Counted from the stretch's first letter, positions 1-10,119 are shown. The stretch: DNA of 64,000 bases from Candidatus Poribacteria bacterium (GCA_018644665.1 JABGQA010000108.1:3527-67526); one strand, 5' to 3'. The notes: generated from the sequence alone by a model not told the origin. Numbers and translations: made by a program.

Positions 1-67
1 CGTCGATGCGGACCGTCGCGTCCTCGGGCGACGTCACGACGCCGTTCACGTACGCGAGTTCTCTCAC
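1..67 (-). CDS. 5' end of a class IV (branched-chain / D-amino-acid) aminotransferase-like gene running off the left edge
   Basis: Hand translation of the minus strand from GTG at 67 gives VRELAYVNGVVTSPEDATVRID. This resembles the typical N-terminus of fold-type IV aminotransferases (xxNGxxVxxxxAxVxxxD). Only 22 codons are visible. Confidence 0.3.
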   Translation of the reverse strand, partial: MRELAYVNGVVTSPEDATVRID

Positions 68-116
68 GCCACTGCTCTCATGGACCGCTTCGCCGGGACG
101 GTGGGAGTATAGCGTC

Positions 117-959
117 CTACGCGCGGTCGAGCCACTTGTACGCGGCCCTGGAGTTGTCGCGGAAGTACTTGCGGCGCGCCTCCTCGCCCTTGCCGTCGAA
201 GTACTCCTCCACGAGGCGCTGCACCGTCGCATAGGGCGCGTATCGCTCGGACACGGGCCAGTTGCTGCCGTAGATCACGCGGTCGGCGCCGAAGGCGTCC
301 CACAACGCGTCGAGCGTTGGCGCGTAGTAACCCAGATCGTCAGGCGGCGGCGTGTCATCCGCTGACTCGACGAGCGCGGAGACCTTCATGTACACGTTCT
401 CGCGCTCGCCGACCGCCTGTACACCCGCGAGCCAGTCCGCGTTCGGCGCGCCGCCGTCGATGCGGACGCCTGCCAGGTGGTCCAGCACGATCCGCAGGTC
501 CGGCAGTCCGGCGGCGACGGACGCGACGGTTAGCAGATCGTCGGGCCGCAGCAGCAAGTCGAGCTGGAGGTCTCGCTCCGCGAGCGCTCGAAGGGGCGCC
601 AGGGACGCGTTGGTCGAGCTGCCCGCTAGCCTCGACGCGTGCGTGCGAATCCCACGGTACAGCGGGTTGGCCGCGAAGCGGTCGAGATGCTGCACGAACG
701 CATCGTCCGCGATGTCGAGGTTGCCGACGAACCCTACGATGAACGGCTCATCGGACGCCAGGTCGAGGACCCATTGGTTGTCCTCCAGCCACGGGCTCGC
801 CTCGACGACGACTGTCCCAATTACGCCTTCAGGAACGGCCAGCGCCTTGAAGTCGTCCGGGAGGACCGTTCGGTATAGGACGTCGTCATTCGGGTCGGGC
901 CACGGCGTCCCCTCCGGGCGGGACGGGTCGTAATAGTGCGTGTGCGTGTCGATGATCAT
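117..959 (-). CDS. Amidohydrolase-2 family metal-dependent hydrolase (TIM barrel)
   Basis: 280-aa ORF starting MIIDTHTHYYDP (HxH metal motif at the N-terminus), with a late VLDH motif. Composition is coding-like. Confidence 0.7.
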   Translation of the reverse strand: MIIDTHTHYYDPSRPEGTPWPDPNDDVLYRTVLPDDFKALAVPEGVIGTVVVEASPWLEDNQWVLDLASDEPFIVGFVGNLDIADDAFVQHLDRFAANPLYRGIRTHASRLAGSSTNASLAPLRALAERDLQLDLLLRPDDLLTVASVAAGLPDLRIVLDHLAGVRIDGGAPNADWLAGVQAVGERENVYMKVSALVESADDTPPPDDLGYYAPTLDALWDAFGADRVIYGSNWPVSERYAPYATVQRLVEEYFDGKGEEARRKYFRDNSRAAYKWLDRA

Positions 960-1053
960 CGGAGGCTCCAGGGTGTGCTCGTGGCGCAGGTGCTACATTT
1001 AATGGAGAAATGGACCGCCGCCCGGACGCGATAGGAGCGCCGCAGGAGGAACC

Positions 1054-1854
1054 ATGCATCCGCTCACGAAGGTAGACGTACCCGCCGGTAACATCGCCAT
1101 CCACTGGTTCGAGCAGAGCACCTTCGCTCTGAAGGACTCGGGTGGCACTGTCGTCCAGATCGACCCGTACTATCCGCACAATCGACCGGCCGAGAGGTAC
1201 ATGCACGCCGACCCACCACTGGACGAAGCGGGTCTGCCGACAGACTATATCCTACTCACGCATGCCCACGGCGACCACACTTGCTCCGAGTCCATCGGGC
1301 GCATTCGCGACGCGTTCCCGGACGTGCGCGTCGTCGGCCCGCATGAAAGCATCGCGCAGGTGCTTGCCGAGACCGACGTGGACGAGGCGCACACCAGTAT
1401 CATCGAGGCGGGCGAGTCCTCCACGCTGGGCTCGATGACGGCGCACGTGGTCTACGCCAAGCCGTCGGACGGTGACCCCGACGCCGATATCGCCCCGCCG
1501 GATGTCACCCACCTCGGGTACGTCGTGCAGGCTGCCGGTGTATCGGTATACGTGTCGGGCGACCCCATCAACACGTTCGCCGAGCACGACTCGCTCGTAC
1601 TCCCGGTCGCGGACCTGGAACCGGACATCGGCTTGCTCACGAACCACCCGACCGAAGGGGAGTTCCCGTTCTTCGAGGGCTCGGTGGACATGGCGCTCGG
1701 GATCGGCCTGACGCACGTCGCCCCCGCGCACTACCAGTGCTTCGTGACGCGCAACTACGACCCGGCCGAATGGGTTGCGTGCTTCCCGGACGAAGGCCCG
1801 TCGCCGTTCGTGATCCCCCGCAACTCGCACATCGTGTATCCGTCGGGCCTATAG
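1054..1854 (+). CDS. MBL-fold metallo-hydrolase
   Basis: 266 aa with LLTHAHGDHT (the HxHxDH metallo-beta-lactamase signature) and later His/Asp ligand candidates. Confidence 0.75.
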   Translation: MHPLTKVDVPAGNIAIHWFEQSTFALKDSGGTVVQIDPYYPHNRPAERYMHADPPLDEAGLPTDYILLTHAHGDHTCSESIGRIRDAFPDVRVVGPHESIAQVLAETDVDEAHTSIIEAGESSTLGSMTAHVVYAKPSDGDPDADIAPPDVTHLGYVVQAAGVSVYVSGDPINTFAEHDSLVLPVADLEPDIGLLTNHPTEGEFPFFEGSVDMALGIGLTHVAPAHYQCFVTRNYDPAEWVACFPDEGPSPFVIPRNSHIVYPSGL

Positions 1855-2394
1855 GTTGCGGATGCGGATGTTGCGGAACAGGGCGGCGCTGTGGTCGCCC
1901 TGAAGGAAGTGGGGCGCCGGGGACGCGTTGTCCTTCGCCAGCCAGTTGGAGCCGGTCGGCCCCTCGATCTGCACGTTGTCGTGAATCGTGTGCCCGTTGA
2001 GCGACGCCGTAAGGTTGAGACCCACAAGCGTCACTTCGAGCGTCTGCCACTCGCCGGCAGGCCTCGAAACCTCGACGTCGGGTTTCTTCACGAGGTAGAG
2101 CGCCCCGTTCTCCGACGGTCGATCGTACGTCTTCCCGTAGCTGTCGAGCATCTGGATCTCGTAGCGGCCGCGCAGGTAGATGCCGCTGTTGCTGTCGGGA
2201 AGCAGGTTGTACTCGATGTGCAGGTCGAAGTCGCCGAATTCGTCGTCGGTGAGCAGATCCAAGCCATGCCCCGCCGTTCGCAGGATGTCGTCCTCAACCG
2301 ACCAGTTGTGAGGACGCGCTTCGCGATCGGCAGTTCTTGGACTCCACCCCGTAAGGTCCGTGCCGTTGAACAGTTCGATCCAATCGGATGCCAT
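1849..2394 (-). CDS. DUF1080 (3-keto-disaccharide hydrolase-like, concanavalin-like fold) protein
   Basis: 181 aa. The N-terminal WIELFNGTDLTGWSPR and C-terminal LQGDHSAALFRNIRI are typical of the DUF1080 family. Confidence 0.65.
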   Translation of the reverse strand: MASDWIELFNGTDLTGWSPRTADREARPHNWSVEDDILRTAGHGLDLLTDDEFGDFDLHIEYNLLPDSNSGIYLRGRYEIQMLDSYGKTYDRPSENGALYLVKKPDVEVSRPAGEWQTLEVTLVGLNLTASLNGHTIHDNVQIEGPTGSNWLAKDNASPAPHFLQGDHSAALFRNIRIRNL

Positions 2395-2445
2395 GCGCTT
2401 CCACTCCTTCCTGCGGGCGGCCTGGCCGCCGCGGCTCCCGCGTGA

Positions 2446-2757
2446 TTACGCGTCGTCGTTTTCGAGTTCGTCGGCGTCCAGGCCGTAGCAGAAGTGCAGC
2501 ATTTCGGCGACGAGCCCCTGAAGCTTCTCGGGCATCTGGCCGTCGACATCCAGCGTGGCGAGGAAGTCGATCAGCGTCGCGTCGCTGTGCGCCTCCCATC
2601 CCTCGCTCTCGATGACTCTGAGCACCTTGTCGGACGCGCGTTCGCCGGCCTCGTCCGTAGGCGGAGGCGGGCGCTCCAGGCGCACGACGCGCGGCAGCCG
2701 CGATGTCCGCGTGAGATAGTCGAAGGCGCGGGACGCGCGTCGGTTCCAGTGACGCAT
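2446..2757 (-). CDS. FlhB C-terminal-domain-like small protein (EscU/YscU/HrcU switch family, YlqH-like)
   Basis: 103 aa. The segment WEAHSDATLIDFLATLDVDGQMPEKLQGLVAEMLHFCYGLD fits my recollection of the conserved C-terminal pattern of small YlqH-type FlhB-domain proteins: (I)P...D..L...L..L.....IPE.LY.AVAE...F.Y.LD. Its start lies 2 nt after the stop of the upstream FliK-like gene. Confidence 0.55.
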   Translation of the reverse strand: MRHWNRRASRAFDYLTRTSRLPRVVRLERPPPPTDEAGERASDKVLRVIESEGWEAHSDATLIDFLATLDVDGQMPEKLQGLVAEMLHFCYGLDADELENDDA

Positions 2758-2759
2758 GC

Positions 2760-4094
2760 TTACACCTCCATGTCGAACAGTGACTCGCGCAGGTCGATAC
2801 GGCGCACCACGGGCTCGTCGATGTCGGCGATTACGGCCACCAACGCCTGCATCTGTACGACGGAGTAACCCAGTCGCTCCAGCCGCCCGACCAGGGCGTC
2901 CAGACGCGGCTCAATGACGTCGCGCGCCTCGGGCGTCTCCGCTTCGATGGCTCCGCGTATGCGACCCTCGCGTATCACCAGGCGCGCGTGGACCAGTCCC
3001 CATCGACGGGTGCGGACGGCGAACTCAATCTCCGTGTTGTCGGCGTCCATGTCCCCTGTCGGTTCCTCCTTGCGGGCCTTGACCGTCAGGGTCAGGGGAG
3101 AGGTAGCGAAGGGAACCCAGTACGGGATCTGCAGGTAGAGGTGCGGCAGGTTCAGCGACGGGATGCGCGCGAGTATCTGGTACGCGTCGAGCTGGCGCAG
3201 CGCGCCGTCGATGCTTGTGGCCAGGGCGGTAATGCCGGCTGCGCTGCGTCCCTGCTGTTGCGCTATGAGGATCTGCTGGGCCAGCTCGGCCCTGGCGCCT
3301 ATCAGGAGGCCCTTCAGACCAGCGCCGGCCGCCGCGCCCTCCGCCACGGCGCGCTCGTACCCGACGCCGAGATTCTGCAAGAGCTGTCGTACGCTCTCTG
3401 CGGAGGCCTCCTCGCCAGGGCTGATCGGGAGCGCCGCGATCGCCTGCGCCAAGCCGTCCAATGTCGGCGCCTGGGCGGCCGGGACCTGCGCTTGCGCACG
3501 AGCGAGTTGGGCGCCCATCTCCGCGAGCCGCGCGCCCAGTTGCGGTTGGGTGTCCGTGAGGGCCTGTATGGCCTCGAGCGTCGCGGGCGACACGGGGACG
3601 TCCAGTAGGTGGGCCAGTATCAGCGTCGCTGGGGTGTTCGGGCCTTGGGGGAGTGCGGCGAGTTGCTGAAACATGCCCTGGACGTTCTCAGGAGTGAGGG
3701 GCATGCCCGCGCGGGACATCAGCGCAATGAACTCTATGTTTGCTCGGGTGGCGGGAATGCCGAGGCGTTCGAGCAGGGCTGCGGCGTTGTCGATCCCACC
3801 GCCGGTGGGCAGCATCTTCATCGTGATGGGGTCGCCGAGATTGGTGATCTCGGCGTGGATATCGGCGCCGGCGTTCAGCGGCGTGCTCGACTGCGTGACG
3901 AGGTTGTAACCGCGGAACCGCACCAACGCCGTGTCCTGGTCGAAGACCTGGAGCACCTTACCGCTGAGCACATTACCGACGTCGAGCCCGCTGCGGAACT
4001 CGGCGGCGCTGCGCGCCGAGATGAGCAGTTGCGGGTCGCTCGTCTTCGCGGCCTGCGCGGCCCCCTGGCCCCCGTCGACGCGCCCCGCGCGCAT
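2760..4094 (-). CDS. FliK-like (flagellar hook-length control C-terminal domain-like) protein
   Basis: 444 aa. It has Ala/Gln/Leu-rich repeats of the type L..LGI...., L..L.V.... The C-terminal block EIEFAVRTRRWGLVHARLVIREGRIRGAIEAETPEARDVIEPRLDALVGRLERLGYSV resembles the Flg_hook domain pattern. Confidence 0.5.
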   Translation of the reverse strand: MRAGRVDGGQGAAQAAKTSDPQLLISARSAAEFRSGLDVGNVLSGKVLQVFDQDTALVRFRGYNLVTQSSTPLNAGADIHAEITNLGDPITMKMLPTGGGIDNAAALLERLGIPATRANIEFIALMSRAGMPLTPENVQGMFQQLAALPQGPNTPATLILAHLLDVPVSPATLEAIQALTDTQPQLGARLAEMGAQLARAQAQVPAAQAPTLDGLAQAIAALPISPGEEASAESVRQLLQNLGVGYERAVAEGAAAGAGLKGLLIGARAELAQQILIAQQQGRSAAGITALATSIDGALRQLDAYQILARIPSLNLPHLYLQIPYWVPFATSPLTLTVKARKEEPTGDMDADNTEIEFAVRTRRWGLVHARLVIREGRIRGAIEAETPEARDVIEPRLDALVGRLERLGYSVVQMQALVAVIADIDEPVVRRIDLRESLFDMEV

Positions 4095-4112
4095 ACGTCG
4101 CGCCTCCGCCTA

Positions 4113-4475
4113 TCAGTCGTCGTAGAAGATCGTCTCACGGTCGGGCGAGGAATAGGCGATGATCATGCGCACGGCGTCCCAACCGGTGTTGCGGGCGCAG
4201 TGATCGACTCCGCGCGGGATGCGGAGCATCATGCCGGCCTCGAGCGCGTGCCACTCGTCACCCAACTGATGGTCACACCGGCCGCTGAGGAGGTAGATGA
4301 TCTCCTCGCAGTTCGGGTGCATGTGGCGAGGGTTCGCCTGACCGGCGTTGATGTACACCGTGCCGAACGTCATCTCGGCATCGCCGTCGATTTCGCTGCT
4401 ACTGAGCCACTTGATGGCTCCCCAGTCGAACTCCGGCCCGGTCGCCGTCTGCGCGTCTGTTATCGTGGCTGCCAC
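4113..4475 (-). CDS. Cupin domain protein
   Basis: 120 aa with PRHMHPNCEEIIYLLSGR...GDEWHALEAGMMLRIPRGVDHCARN (the two cupin motifs G(x)5HxH...E and G(x)5PxG...H). Confidence 0.75.
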   Translation of the reverse strand: MAATITDAQTATGPEFDWGAIKWLSSSEIDGDAEMTFGTVYINAGQANPRHMHPNCEEIIYLLSGRCDHQLGDEWHALEAGMMLRIPRGVDHCARNTGWDAVRMIIAYSSPDRETIFYDD

Positions 4476-4573
4476 GCGTCCCTGCCTCCGCGTACGCTGC
4501 TGCGGTCGTTGTTGCCGACGCTGGCGAGTATACGCGCTGGAAACTCAGCGCGGCAACGCGGTGGGCACGCGAA

Positions 4574-4600
4574 CGCGCCGTCGATAGACACGACGGCGCG
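4574..4600 (-). terminator. Candidate terminator hairpin downstream of infB
   Basis: Perfect 10-bp GC-rich stem (CGCGCCGTCG / CGACGGCGCG) with a 7-nt loop, 33 nt after the infB stop. There is no clear U-tract. Confidence 0.35.
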
Positions 4601-4632
4601 CTCCAAGAATCAGACTCGGCTGCCTGGGCGGA

Positions 4633-7563
4633 TTAGGCGCCCTTGCTCGCGGCCGCGGATGCCGCGCTTGCTTCGAGGGTTCGGGCGACCTCCTCGTGCG
4701 TGAAGCACTCGAGGACATCGCCTTCCTGATAGTCGTTGTAATCGCGCATGGCGATGCCGCACTCGTAACCGGCGGCGACTTCCCGCACGTCCTCACGGAA
4801 TCGGCGCAGGGAGTCGACGTCACCCTCGTGGACAACGCGGTTATCGCGCAGCAGGCGCATCTTCATGCCCCGCAGGATGCGCCCGTTGTTCACGTAGGAT
4901 CCCGCCACCGAGCCGAAGCGCGGAGCGCGGAACACCTCGCGAACAGTCGCGCGGCCAAGGACTTGCTCGCTCAGTTCGGGGTCGAGCATGCCCTCGAGGG
5001 CGGCGCGGATCTCGTTGGTGACATCGTAGATGATGTCGTAGGTGCGTATCTCGACGCCCTCGCGATCCGCCGCGCGGACAGCCTCGGGTGTTGGTCCGAC
5101 GTGGAAACCGATGATCACCGCAGACGACGCTGCCGCCAGCATCACATCGGTCTCTGAGATGGCGCCAACGCCAGCGTGTATCACGCCGACGCGTACTTCC
5201 TCGGTGTCGAACTGCGCGACGCCCGACTGTAGGGGCTCGACGGAGCCTTCGACGTCCGCCTTGATGATGACGTTGAGGTCCTTGACCTCGCCCTGCTGGA
5301 TGCTCCGGCTGATGTCGTCGAGTGTGATCCTCGACTGAGCTGCGAGACGCCTCTCGCGCTCCTGCGCCTGGCGCTCCCGCGTCAAGGCTCGGGCGTCCTC
5401 CTCGGTCAGGACGACGAACTGGTCGCCCGGTGAGGAGACTTCGTTAAAGCCCAGCACCTCGACGGGCGTCGACGGAGCCGCCTCTTGCACGCGCTCACCA
5501 TGGTCGTCGATCAACGCGCGCACGCGTCCGCTGGCAGCTCCGGCGACGAAGTAGTCGCCGACCTTCAGCGTGCCGTTCTGCACAAGGACTGTCGCGACCG
5601 GCCCGCGCCCACGGCTGAGCTGTGCTTCGACCACGGTTCCGGCGGCCATACGATCCGGGTTGGCCCTCAGCTCCAGGAGTTCCGATTCGAGCGACAGGTA
5701 CTCCAGGAGTTCTGGGATGCCCTCGCCCGTCAAGGCGGAGACATTCTGGAACACGGTGGTCCCGCCCCACTCCTCGGGCATGAGGTCGTGCGCGGAGAGG
5801 CCGTTACGGACGTTGTCCGGGTTAGCGCTCGCAACGTCGATCTTGTTCACCGCGACGACGATGGGCACCTCAGCGGCGCGCGCGTGGTTGATCGCCTCGA
5901 CGGTCTGCGGCATGACGCCATCGTCCGCGGCCACGACCAGCACGACGACGTCCGTCACGTGCGCCCCGCGCGCGCGCATCGCGGTGAACGCGGCGTGACC
6001 GGGCGTGTCGAGGAAGACTACGCGGCCGTTGGGCAGTCTCACGTCGTAGGCGCCGATGTGCTGGGTGATGCTGCCGGCCTCGCGGTCCGCGACATTCGTC
6101 TTGCGCACGGCGTCAAGGAGACTCGTCTTGCCGTGGTCGACATGCCCCATGATGGTCACCACTGGGGCGCGCTGCACGAGGGTGTCCTCGCTGTCTATCT
6201 CGATCTTTTGGAGCAGTTGATCTTCGACGGACTCCCGTTTGACCGCGGTGAAAGTGAACGGCTCCTGGAGCTGTTCAAGCACCTCCATCGGCAGCGAGTC
6301 ATTGATCGTGACCATGGCGCCCATCTGGAACATGTGTCCGATGATGAGGCTCGCCTTGACGCCCAGGGTCTCGGCTACGACCGCTACGGTGCTGCCCTCA
6401 CTGATCTCCACCGGTTCGTCACGCACGGGGAGGACGACGCCATCCGCGTCGGTCCGCCCGGGCAGATCATCGAGGAGGATCTCCTCGTCGCGCTCCTCCG
6501 CGAGTTCGAGCAACTCCTCGCGCGCGCGCTCTCGCTCCTTGTCGAGTCGGCGACGCTCCTGTGCGCGTACGGTGTCTTCGTCCGCGCGGGGTGGCGCTAC
6601 CGTCGGGCCGCCGGCGCCGCGTCCTGTTCTCGGGGCGGCTCCTCGACCGGCTCCCACGGGTCGCGGCGCTCCAGCGCCAGCGAACCGCGACGTCGGACCT
6701 CGTCGTGCGCCCTGCGGGCCCCCGGCTCCGCCACGTGGCCCGCCTTGGGTGGATTCGCGCCGGGCTCCGGGCTCGCTGGCGCGGCGTCCGCGGTCGCTGT
6801 GGTATGTGCGCGTGCCGTCACGCCCTTCGCCGCGCGTAGAGTAGGCTGCTCGTCGGCCGTCGTCGCCACCACCTTCGGCTCCCGGGGCGCCCCGAGACTC
6901 CTCACGTAGCGATCCGCCGAGAGTGCTGATGCGTCGCTTCGGCCCGGTCGGCCGTCGTGGCGTGGGCGTCGCGGGCGCAGTTGGCTCGGCCGCCGCCGGT
7001 TCTGGCGCCGGCTCCGGCGCCGGTCGGGCGCTTCGCAGGATTCGCTTGCCATCGCGCAGCGCCTGCGCTTCTCGAGCGGCGCGGGCCTCCTGTGGCGTCG
7101 GCGGCCGGCGCGCCGTCGTGCGATCGCCCCGGCCCCCCGCGGCGCCGGACCTTCCGCGCGGACCTGAGCGGGTATCCACGCGTCGGACAGTGCGGACTTC
7201 TCTGCGCGGCGGCGCTCCTTGAGGAGCCGCGGCAGCAGGCGTCGCGACAGTGGGCGCTTCCTCAGCAGGCGACGTCGCGTCAGCCTCGGCTGCAGGCGCT
7301 TCTACTTCTACTTCTGCTTCCGGAGCCGGTTTATCCGCGGGCTTCGGCTTGGGCTTGGCCTTAGCCGCCGCGGGGTCTGCTGCCTTCCCGAAGGCCGCGG
7401 CCAACTCGCCGGCTACTTCCGGCGGTACAGAATTCGAGTGGGTCTTGATGTCATGACCCTTGTCTTGCAGCCACGCTATAAGTTCCTTGTTGGACGCCCC
7501 AACATCCTTCGCTAGTTGGTTTACCCGCATCGGCTTTTCGTACTTGCCGCCTTCATCTGCCAT
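4633..7563 (-). CDS. infB: Translation initiation factor IF-2
   Basis: 976 aa. The GTPase G1 motif is [12 protein letters not shown], followed by DTPGH and NKID. A long Ala/Pro/Arg/Gly-rich N-terminal extension is present. The gene sits downstream of nusA-ylxR. Confidence 0.95.
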   Translation of the reverse strand: MADEGGKYEKPMRVNQLAKDVGASNKELIAWLQDKGHDIKTHSNSVPPEVAGELAAAFGKAADPAAAKAKPKPKPADKPAPEAEVEVEAPAAEADATSPAEEAPTVATPAAAAPQGAPPRREVRTVRRVDTRSGPRGRSGAAGGRGDRTTARRPPTPQEARAAREAQALRDGKRILRSARPAPEPAPEPAAAEPTAPATPTPRRPTGPKRRISTLGGSLREESRGAPGAEGGGDDGRRAAYSTRGEGRDGTRTYHSDRGRRASEPGARRESTQGGPRGGAGGPQGARRGPTSRFAGAGAPRPVGAGRGAAPRTGRGAGGPTVAPPRADEDTVRAQERRRLDKERERAREELLELAEERDEEILLDDLPGRTDADGVVLPVRDEPVEISEGSTVAVVAETLGVKASLIIGHMFQMGAMVTINDSLPMEVLEQLQEPFTFTAVKRESVEDQLLQKIEIDSEDTLVQRAPVVTIMGHVDHGKTSLLDAVRKTNVADREAGSITQHIGAYDVRLPNGRVVFLDTPGHAAFTAMRARGAHVTDVVVLVVAADDGVMPQTVEAINHARAAEVPIVVAVNKIDVASANPDNVRNGLSAHDLMPEEWGGTTVFQNVSALTGEGIPELLEYLSLESELLELRANPDRMAAGTVVEAQLSRGRGPVATVLVQNGTLKVGDYFVAGAASGRVRALIDDHGERVQEAAPSTPVEVLGFNEVSSPGDQFVVLTEEDARALTRERQAQERERRLAAQSRITLDDISRSIQQGEVKDLNVIIKADVEGSVEPLQSGVAQFDTEEVRVGVIHAGVGAISETDVMLAAASSAVIIGFHVGPTPEAVRAADREGVEIRTYDIIYDVTNEIRAALEGMLDPELSEQVLGRATVREVFRAPRFGSVAGSYVNNGRILRGMKMRLLRDNRVVHEGDVDSLRRFREDVREVAAGYECGIAMRDYNDYQEGDVLECFTHEEVARTLEASAASAAASKGA

Positions 7564-7873
7564 CTGCCGTGCCCCCTTGCTCGGACGCCGTTGCCCATGC
7601 CCGTATACGCGCGGTGAGTGTCTCTGTCAGTGTCTCAATCTCTTCTGTTGACGGTGGCTCCGCGAGCCTCAGCGCCTTCACCAGCACTCTTGGCTCCATG
7701 GCTCGTTTGACGCAGGCTTCGCTCGCGCAAACATACGCGCCGCGGCCGCCGGACCGCGTCGGACCATCCAGGCGCACGCGGTCGTCCGGCCCTTTCTGAA
7801 TGCGGGCAAGCGACTGCTGTGGCCGTTTCGTTCGGCAGGCCAGGCACATTCGCTGCGGCGCCCCCGCTGCCAT
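7553..7873 (-). CDS. ylxR: YlxR/RnpM family (DUF448) RNA-binding protein
   Basis: 106 aa with RMCLACRTKRPQQSLARI...GRGAYVC, in the classical position between nusA and infB. It overlaps the infB start by 11 nt. Confidence 0.85.
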   Translation of the reverse strand: MAAGAPQRMCLACRTKRPQQSLARIQKGPDDRVRLDGPTRSGGRGAYVCASEACVKRAMEPRVLVKALRLAEPPSTEEIETLTETLTARIRAWATASEQGGTADGR

Positions 7874-7901
7874 GCTGTTCTCCGTCCGCTGATTCCCGTG
7901 A

Positions 7902-9545
7902 CTACTCCTCGTCGAGAGCTACGTCCGTGCCTTCGTCGGCGTCCGCGGCGTCATCGACGACAGCAGCGTCGTCTTCGTCCGCGGCTCCTTCGGTGTCTTC
8001 GTCCGCGGCTTCTTCGGCGCCTTCGTCCGCGGCTTCCTCGGCGTCGTCGTCGACCACACCCGCAGCCTCGACCTCGTCGTCGACCACGCCCGCAGCCTCG
8101 ACCTCGTCGTCGACCACGCCCGCAGCCTCGACCTCGTCGTCGGCCGCCACGTCCGAGTCGTCTGCTTCCGCGTCGCCTTCGACCCCTGCGGCGGGCGCAG
8201 CGTGCTGCGCGGATTGCACGAGCTTCTCCGATGTCTTCATGCCCAGGTTGGGCAACTCCGCGAGGGCGGTCGGGTCGGCCAGCGCGATGGCGCCGATCGT
8301 CTCGTAGCCGTTCTCGCGCAGCGTGACAGCGAGTTTCGGCGTAACGCCCAGCAACTCCTCGACTGGGGCCTCCGCGGGATCGCGTTCCACGGTGTCCTCG
8401 TCGGCCGTTTCCTCGTCGCTCTTGAACAGGTCGTCGCTCTTGAACACCTCGGCCTCGACCTGGGAACGCAACGCCTCGCCGGCCTCACGCTCGCCGACGA
8501 TGTCGATCTGGCAGCCCGTCAGGCGGCTCGCCAGGCGCGCGTTCTGTCCTCGGCGCCCGATCGCCAACGATAGCGCCTCGTCGGGCACCACGACGATCGC
8601 GACCTGCTCACCGTCTTCGTCTTCCTCGAAGATGACGTCGGTGATGTCCTTGACGGGGCTGAGGGCATTGGCGACGAACCGCTTGGGGTCGGAACTCCAT
8701 TCGATGACGTCGATGCGCTCGCCGTTGAGTTCCTGCATCACCATCTGGACGCGGCTGCCGCGGACGCCGACGCATGTGCCGACCGGGTCGATGCCGTCCT
8801 CGGTGGTCGCGACGGCGATCTTCGACCTCTCGCCGGCTTCACGGGCGACGGCCTCTATCTGGACGAGTTCATCCGCGATCTCAGGCACTTCCTGCTCGAA
8901 CAGCCGCACGAGGAAAACCGGCTCCGCGCGCGACAGTATCACCGGAGCCTTCGGCCGCCTGCCGATGCGCTCTTCGTCGTCGGGATCGACAACATCAATG
9001 ATGAGCGCCCGCATTCGATCGCCACGTCGGTAGCGCTCGTTGCGCAGTTGCTCCTTGAGGGGGAGTACGGCCTCGGCGCCCTCGATTTCCATGATGATGT
9101 CGCGGTAGTCCTCCTGTTGGACGACTCCCGACACGATCTCCTCGACTCGGTCCTTGTATAGTCCGAAGATATTGGCGCGCTCGGCGTCCTTGATCTTCTG
9201 CACGAGGATCTGCCGGGCGAGTTGGGCCTCGATGCGGCCGAAGTCCTCGGTGCGGACGGGAACCTGCACGAGTTCACCTACCCGCGCCTCGGGATGCATC
9301 TTGACGGCTTCTTCGATGGGTATCTCGGTCGCGTACGTGCGCATGATCTCTACGACACGCTTCGGGGCGGCGATACTGATCTCGCCTGTTTCCTCGTCGA
9401 GCCCAACATCCACGGACGCCTCGAGCCCGAACCGCCTCCGCGCGGCTTGCAGGAGAGCAGCCTCGATCGCGTCAACGAGGATCTCCTTGCCCAGACCCTT
9501 CTGGCTGAGGATCTGCTGCATGCTGGTTAACAGGTTCTGGTTCAT
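7902..9545 (-). CDS. nusA: Transcription termination/antitermination factor NusA with an acidic C-terminal tail
   Basis: The ORF track runs 7902-9569. I prefer the internal ATG at 9545 because MNQNLLTSMQQILSQKGLGKEILVDAIEAAL is the canonical NusA N-terminus. S1 and KH regions are recognisable, followed by one HhH-like segment and then an Asp/Glu/Ala tail. Confidence 0.9.
   Translation of the reverse strand: MNQNLLTSMQQILSQKGLGKEILVDAIEAALLQAARRRFGLEASVDVGLDEETGEISIAAPKRVVEIMRTYATEIPIEEAVKMHPEARVGELVQVPVRTEDFGRIEAQLARQILVQKIKDAERANIFGLYKDRVEEIVSGVVQQEDYRDIIMEIEGAEAVLPLKEQLRNERYRRGDRMRALIIDVVDPDDEERIGRRPKAPVILSRAEPVFLVRLFEQEVPEIADELVQIEAVAREAGERSKIAVATTEDGIDPVGTCVGVRGSRVQMVMQELNGERIDVIEWSSDPKRFVANALSPVKDITDVIFEEDEDGEQVAIVVVPDEALSLAIGRRGQNARLASRLTGCQIDIVGEREAGEALRSQVEAEVFKSDDLFKSDEETADEDTVERDPAEAPVEELLGVTPKLAVTLRENGYETIGAIALADPTALAELPNLGMKTSEKLVQSAQHAAPAAGVEGDAEADDSDVAADDEVEAAGVVDDEVEAAGVVDDEVEAAGVVDDDAEEAADEGAEEAADEDTEGAADEDDAAVVDDAADADEGTDVALDEE
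8041..8141. repeat. 30-bp in-frame tandem repeat (about 3.4 copies) inside the nusA 3' region
   Basis: Units 8071-8100 and 8101-8130 are identical (acctcgtcgtcgaccacgcccgcagcctcg). Unit 8041-8070 is near-identical and 8131-8141 is a partial copy. The repeat encodes DDEVEAAGVV. Confidence 0.9.
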
Positions 9546-9609
9546 ATGCCACGTCCCATCATTGCGCACGCCGCCGCTACTACCGACGGCCGGGCCCCGT
9601 CTGTCCAGG

Positions 9610-10098
9610 CTACATGCGTATGTCGAAGCGTCCCTCTATGACTTCGTCGAGGGGTATCTCGACCTCGCCGCCGCCGTCCAGGGCCACGGTGAGCGCGGCG
9701 TCGGCAGCCAGCAGCTTGCCCACGAGACGCTCCTCGCAGTCCGGCTCGTCCGCGACGCGTCGCCGTATGGTGAGGTAGTACCCAACCGCTCGTCGAAAGT
9801 CGGCGGCTCGCCGTAGGGGCCTCTTCAGGCCGGGCGACGCGACCTCGAACGACGTGTTGTCATCGACGATGCTCTCGACGCGCAGCATCGGCATGACCAT
9901 GCGGTGTATCCGCTGACACTCACCGACGGTCACTCCACCGGGGCGGTGAACGAAGAGGCGCGCCGTCACATTGCCTGCGCCGCTGCTCCACTCGGCATCC
10001 ACGAACTCGAAGCCCTCGGCCTCGAGGAGCGGGGCGCACAGCGCGGCCATCCGGTCGCGCATCTCCTCACGGGGCGGCGACCCCGATACCGGCTCCAC
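9610..10098 (-). CDS. rimP: Ribosome maturation factor RimP
   Basis: It sits upstream of nusA. The sequence LCAPLLEAEGFEFVDAEW...ARLFVHRPGGVTVGECQRIHR fits RimP. The ORF track extends to 10191. I prefer GTG at 10098 because a GGAGG (10106-10110, minus strand) lies 7 nt upstream and the resulting length is RimP-like (162 aa). Confidence 0.8.
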   Translation of the reverse strand: MEPVSGSPPREEMRDRMAALCAPLLEAEGFEFVDAEWSSGAGNVTARLFVHRPGGVTVGECQRIHRMVMPMLRVESIVDDNTSFEVASPGLKRPLRRAADFRRAVGYYLTIRRRVADEPDCEERLVGKLLAADAALTVALDGGGEVEIPLDEVIEGRFDIRM

Positions 10099-10119
10099 CG
10101 ATTGACCTCCATCGGCTGA

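Noticed and set aside
3609-6909. Long plus-strand ORFs (3609-4703 and 5485-6909) opposite the FliK-like gene, cupin and infB
   Set aside because: They are antisense to well-supported genes and have low-complexity Arg/Gly/Val-rich translations.
6600-7400. Low-complexity, repeat-like DNA
   Set aside because: It encodes the Ala/Pro/Arg/Gly-rich N-terminal extension of IF-2, which I recall as common in high-GC bacteria. It is not a mobile or non-coding repeat.
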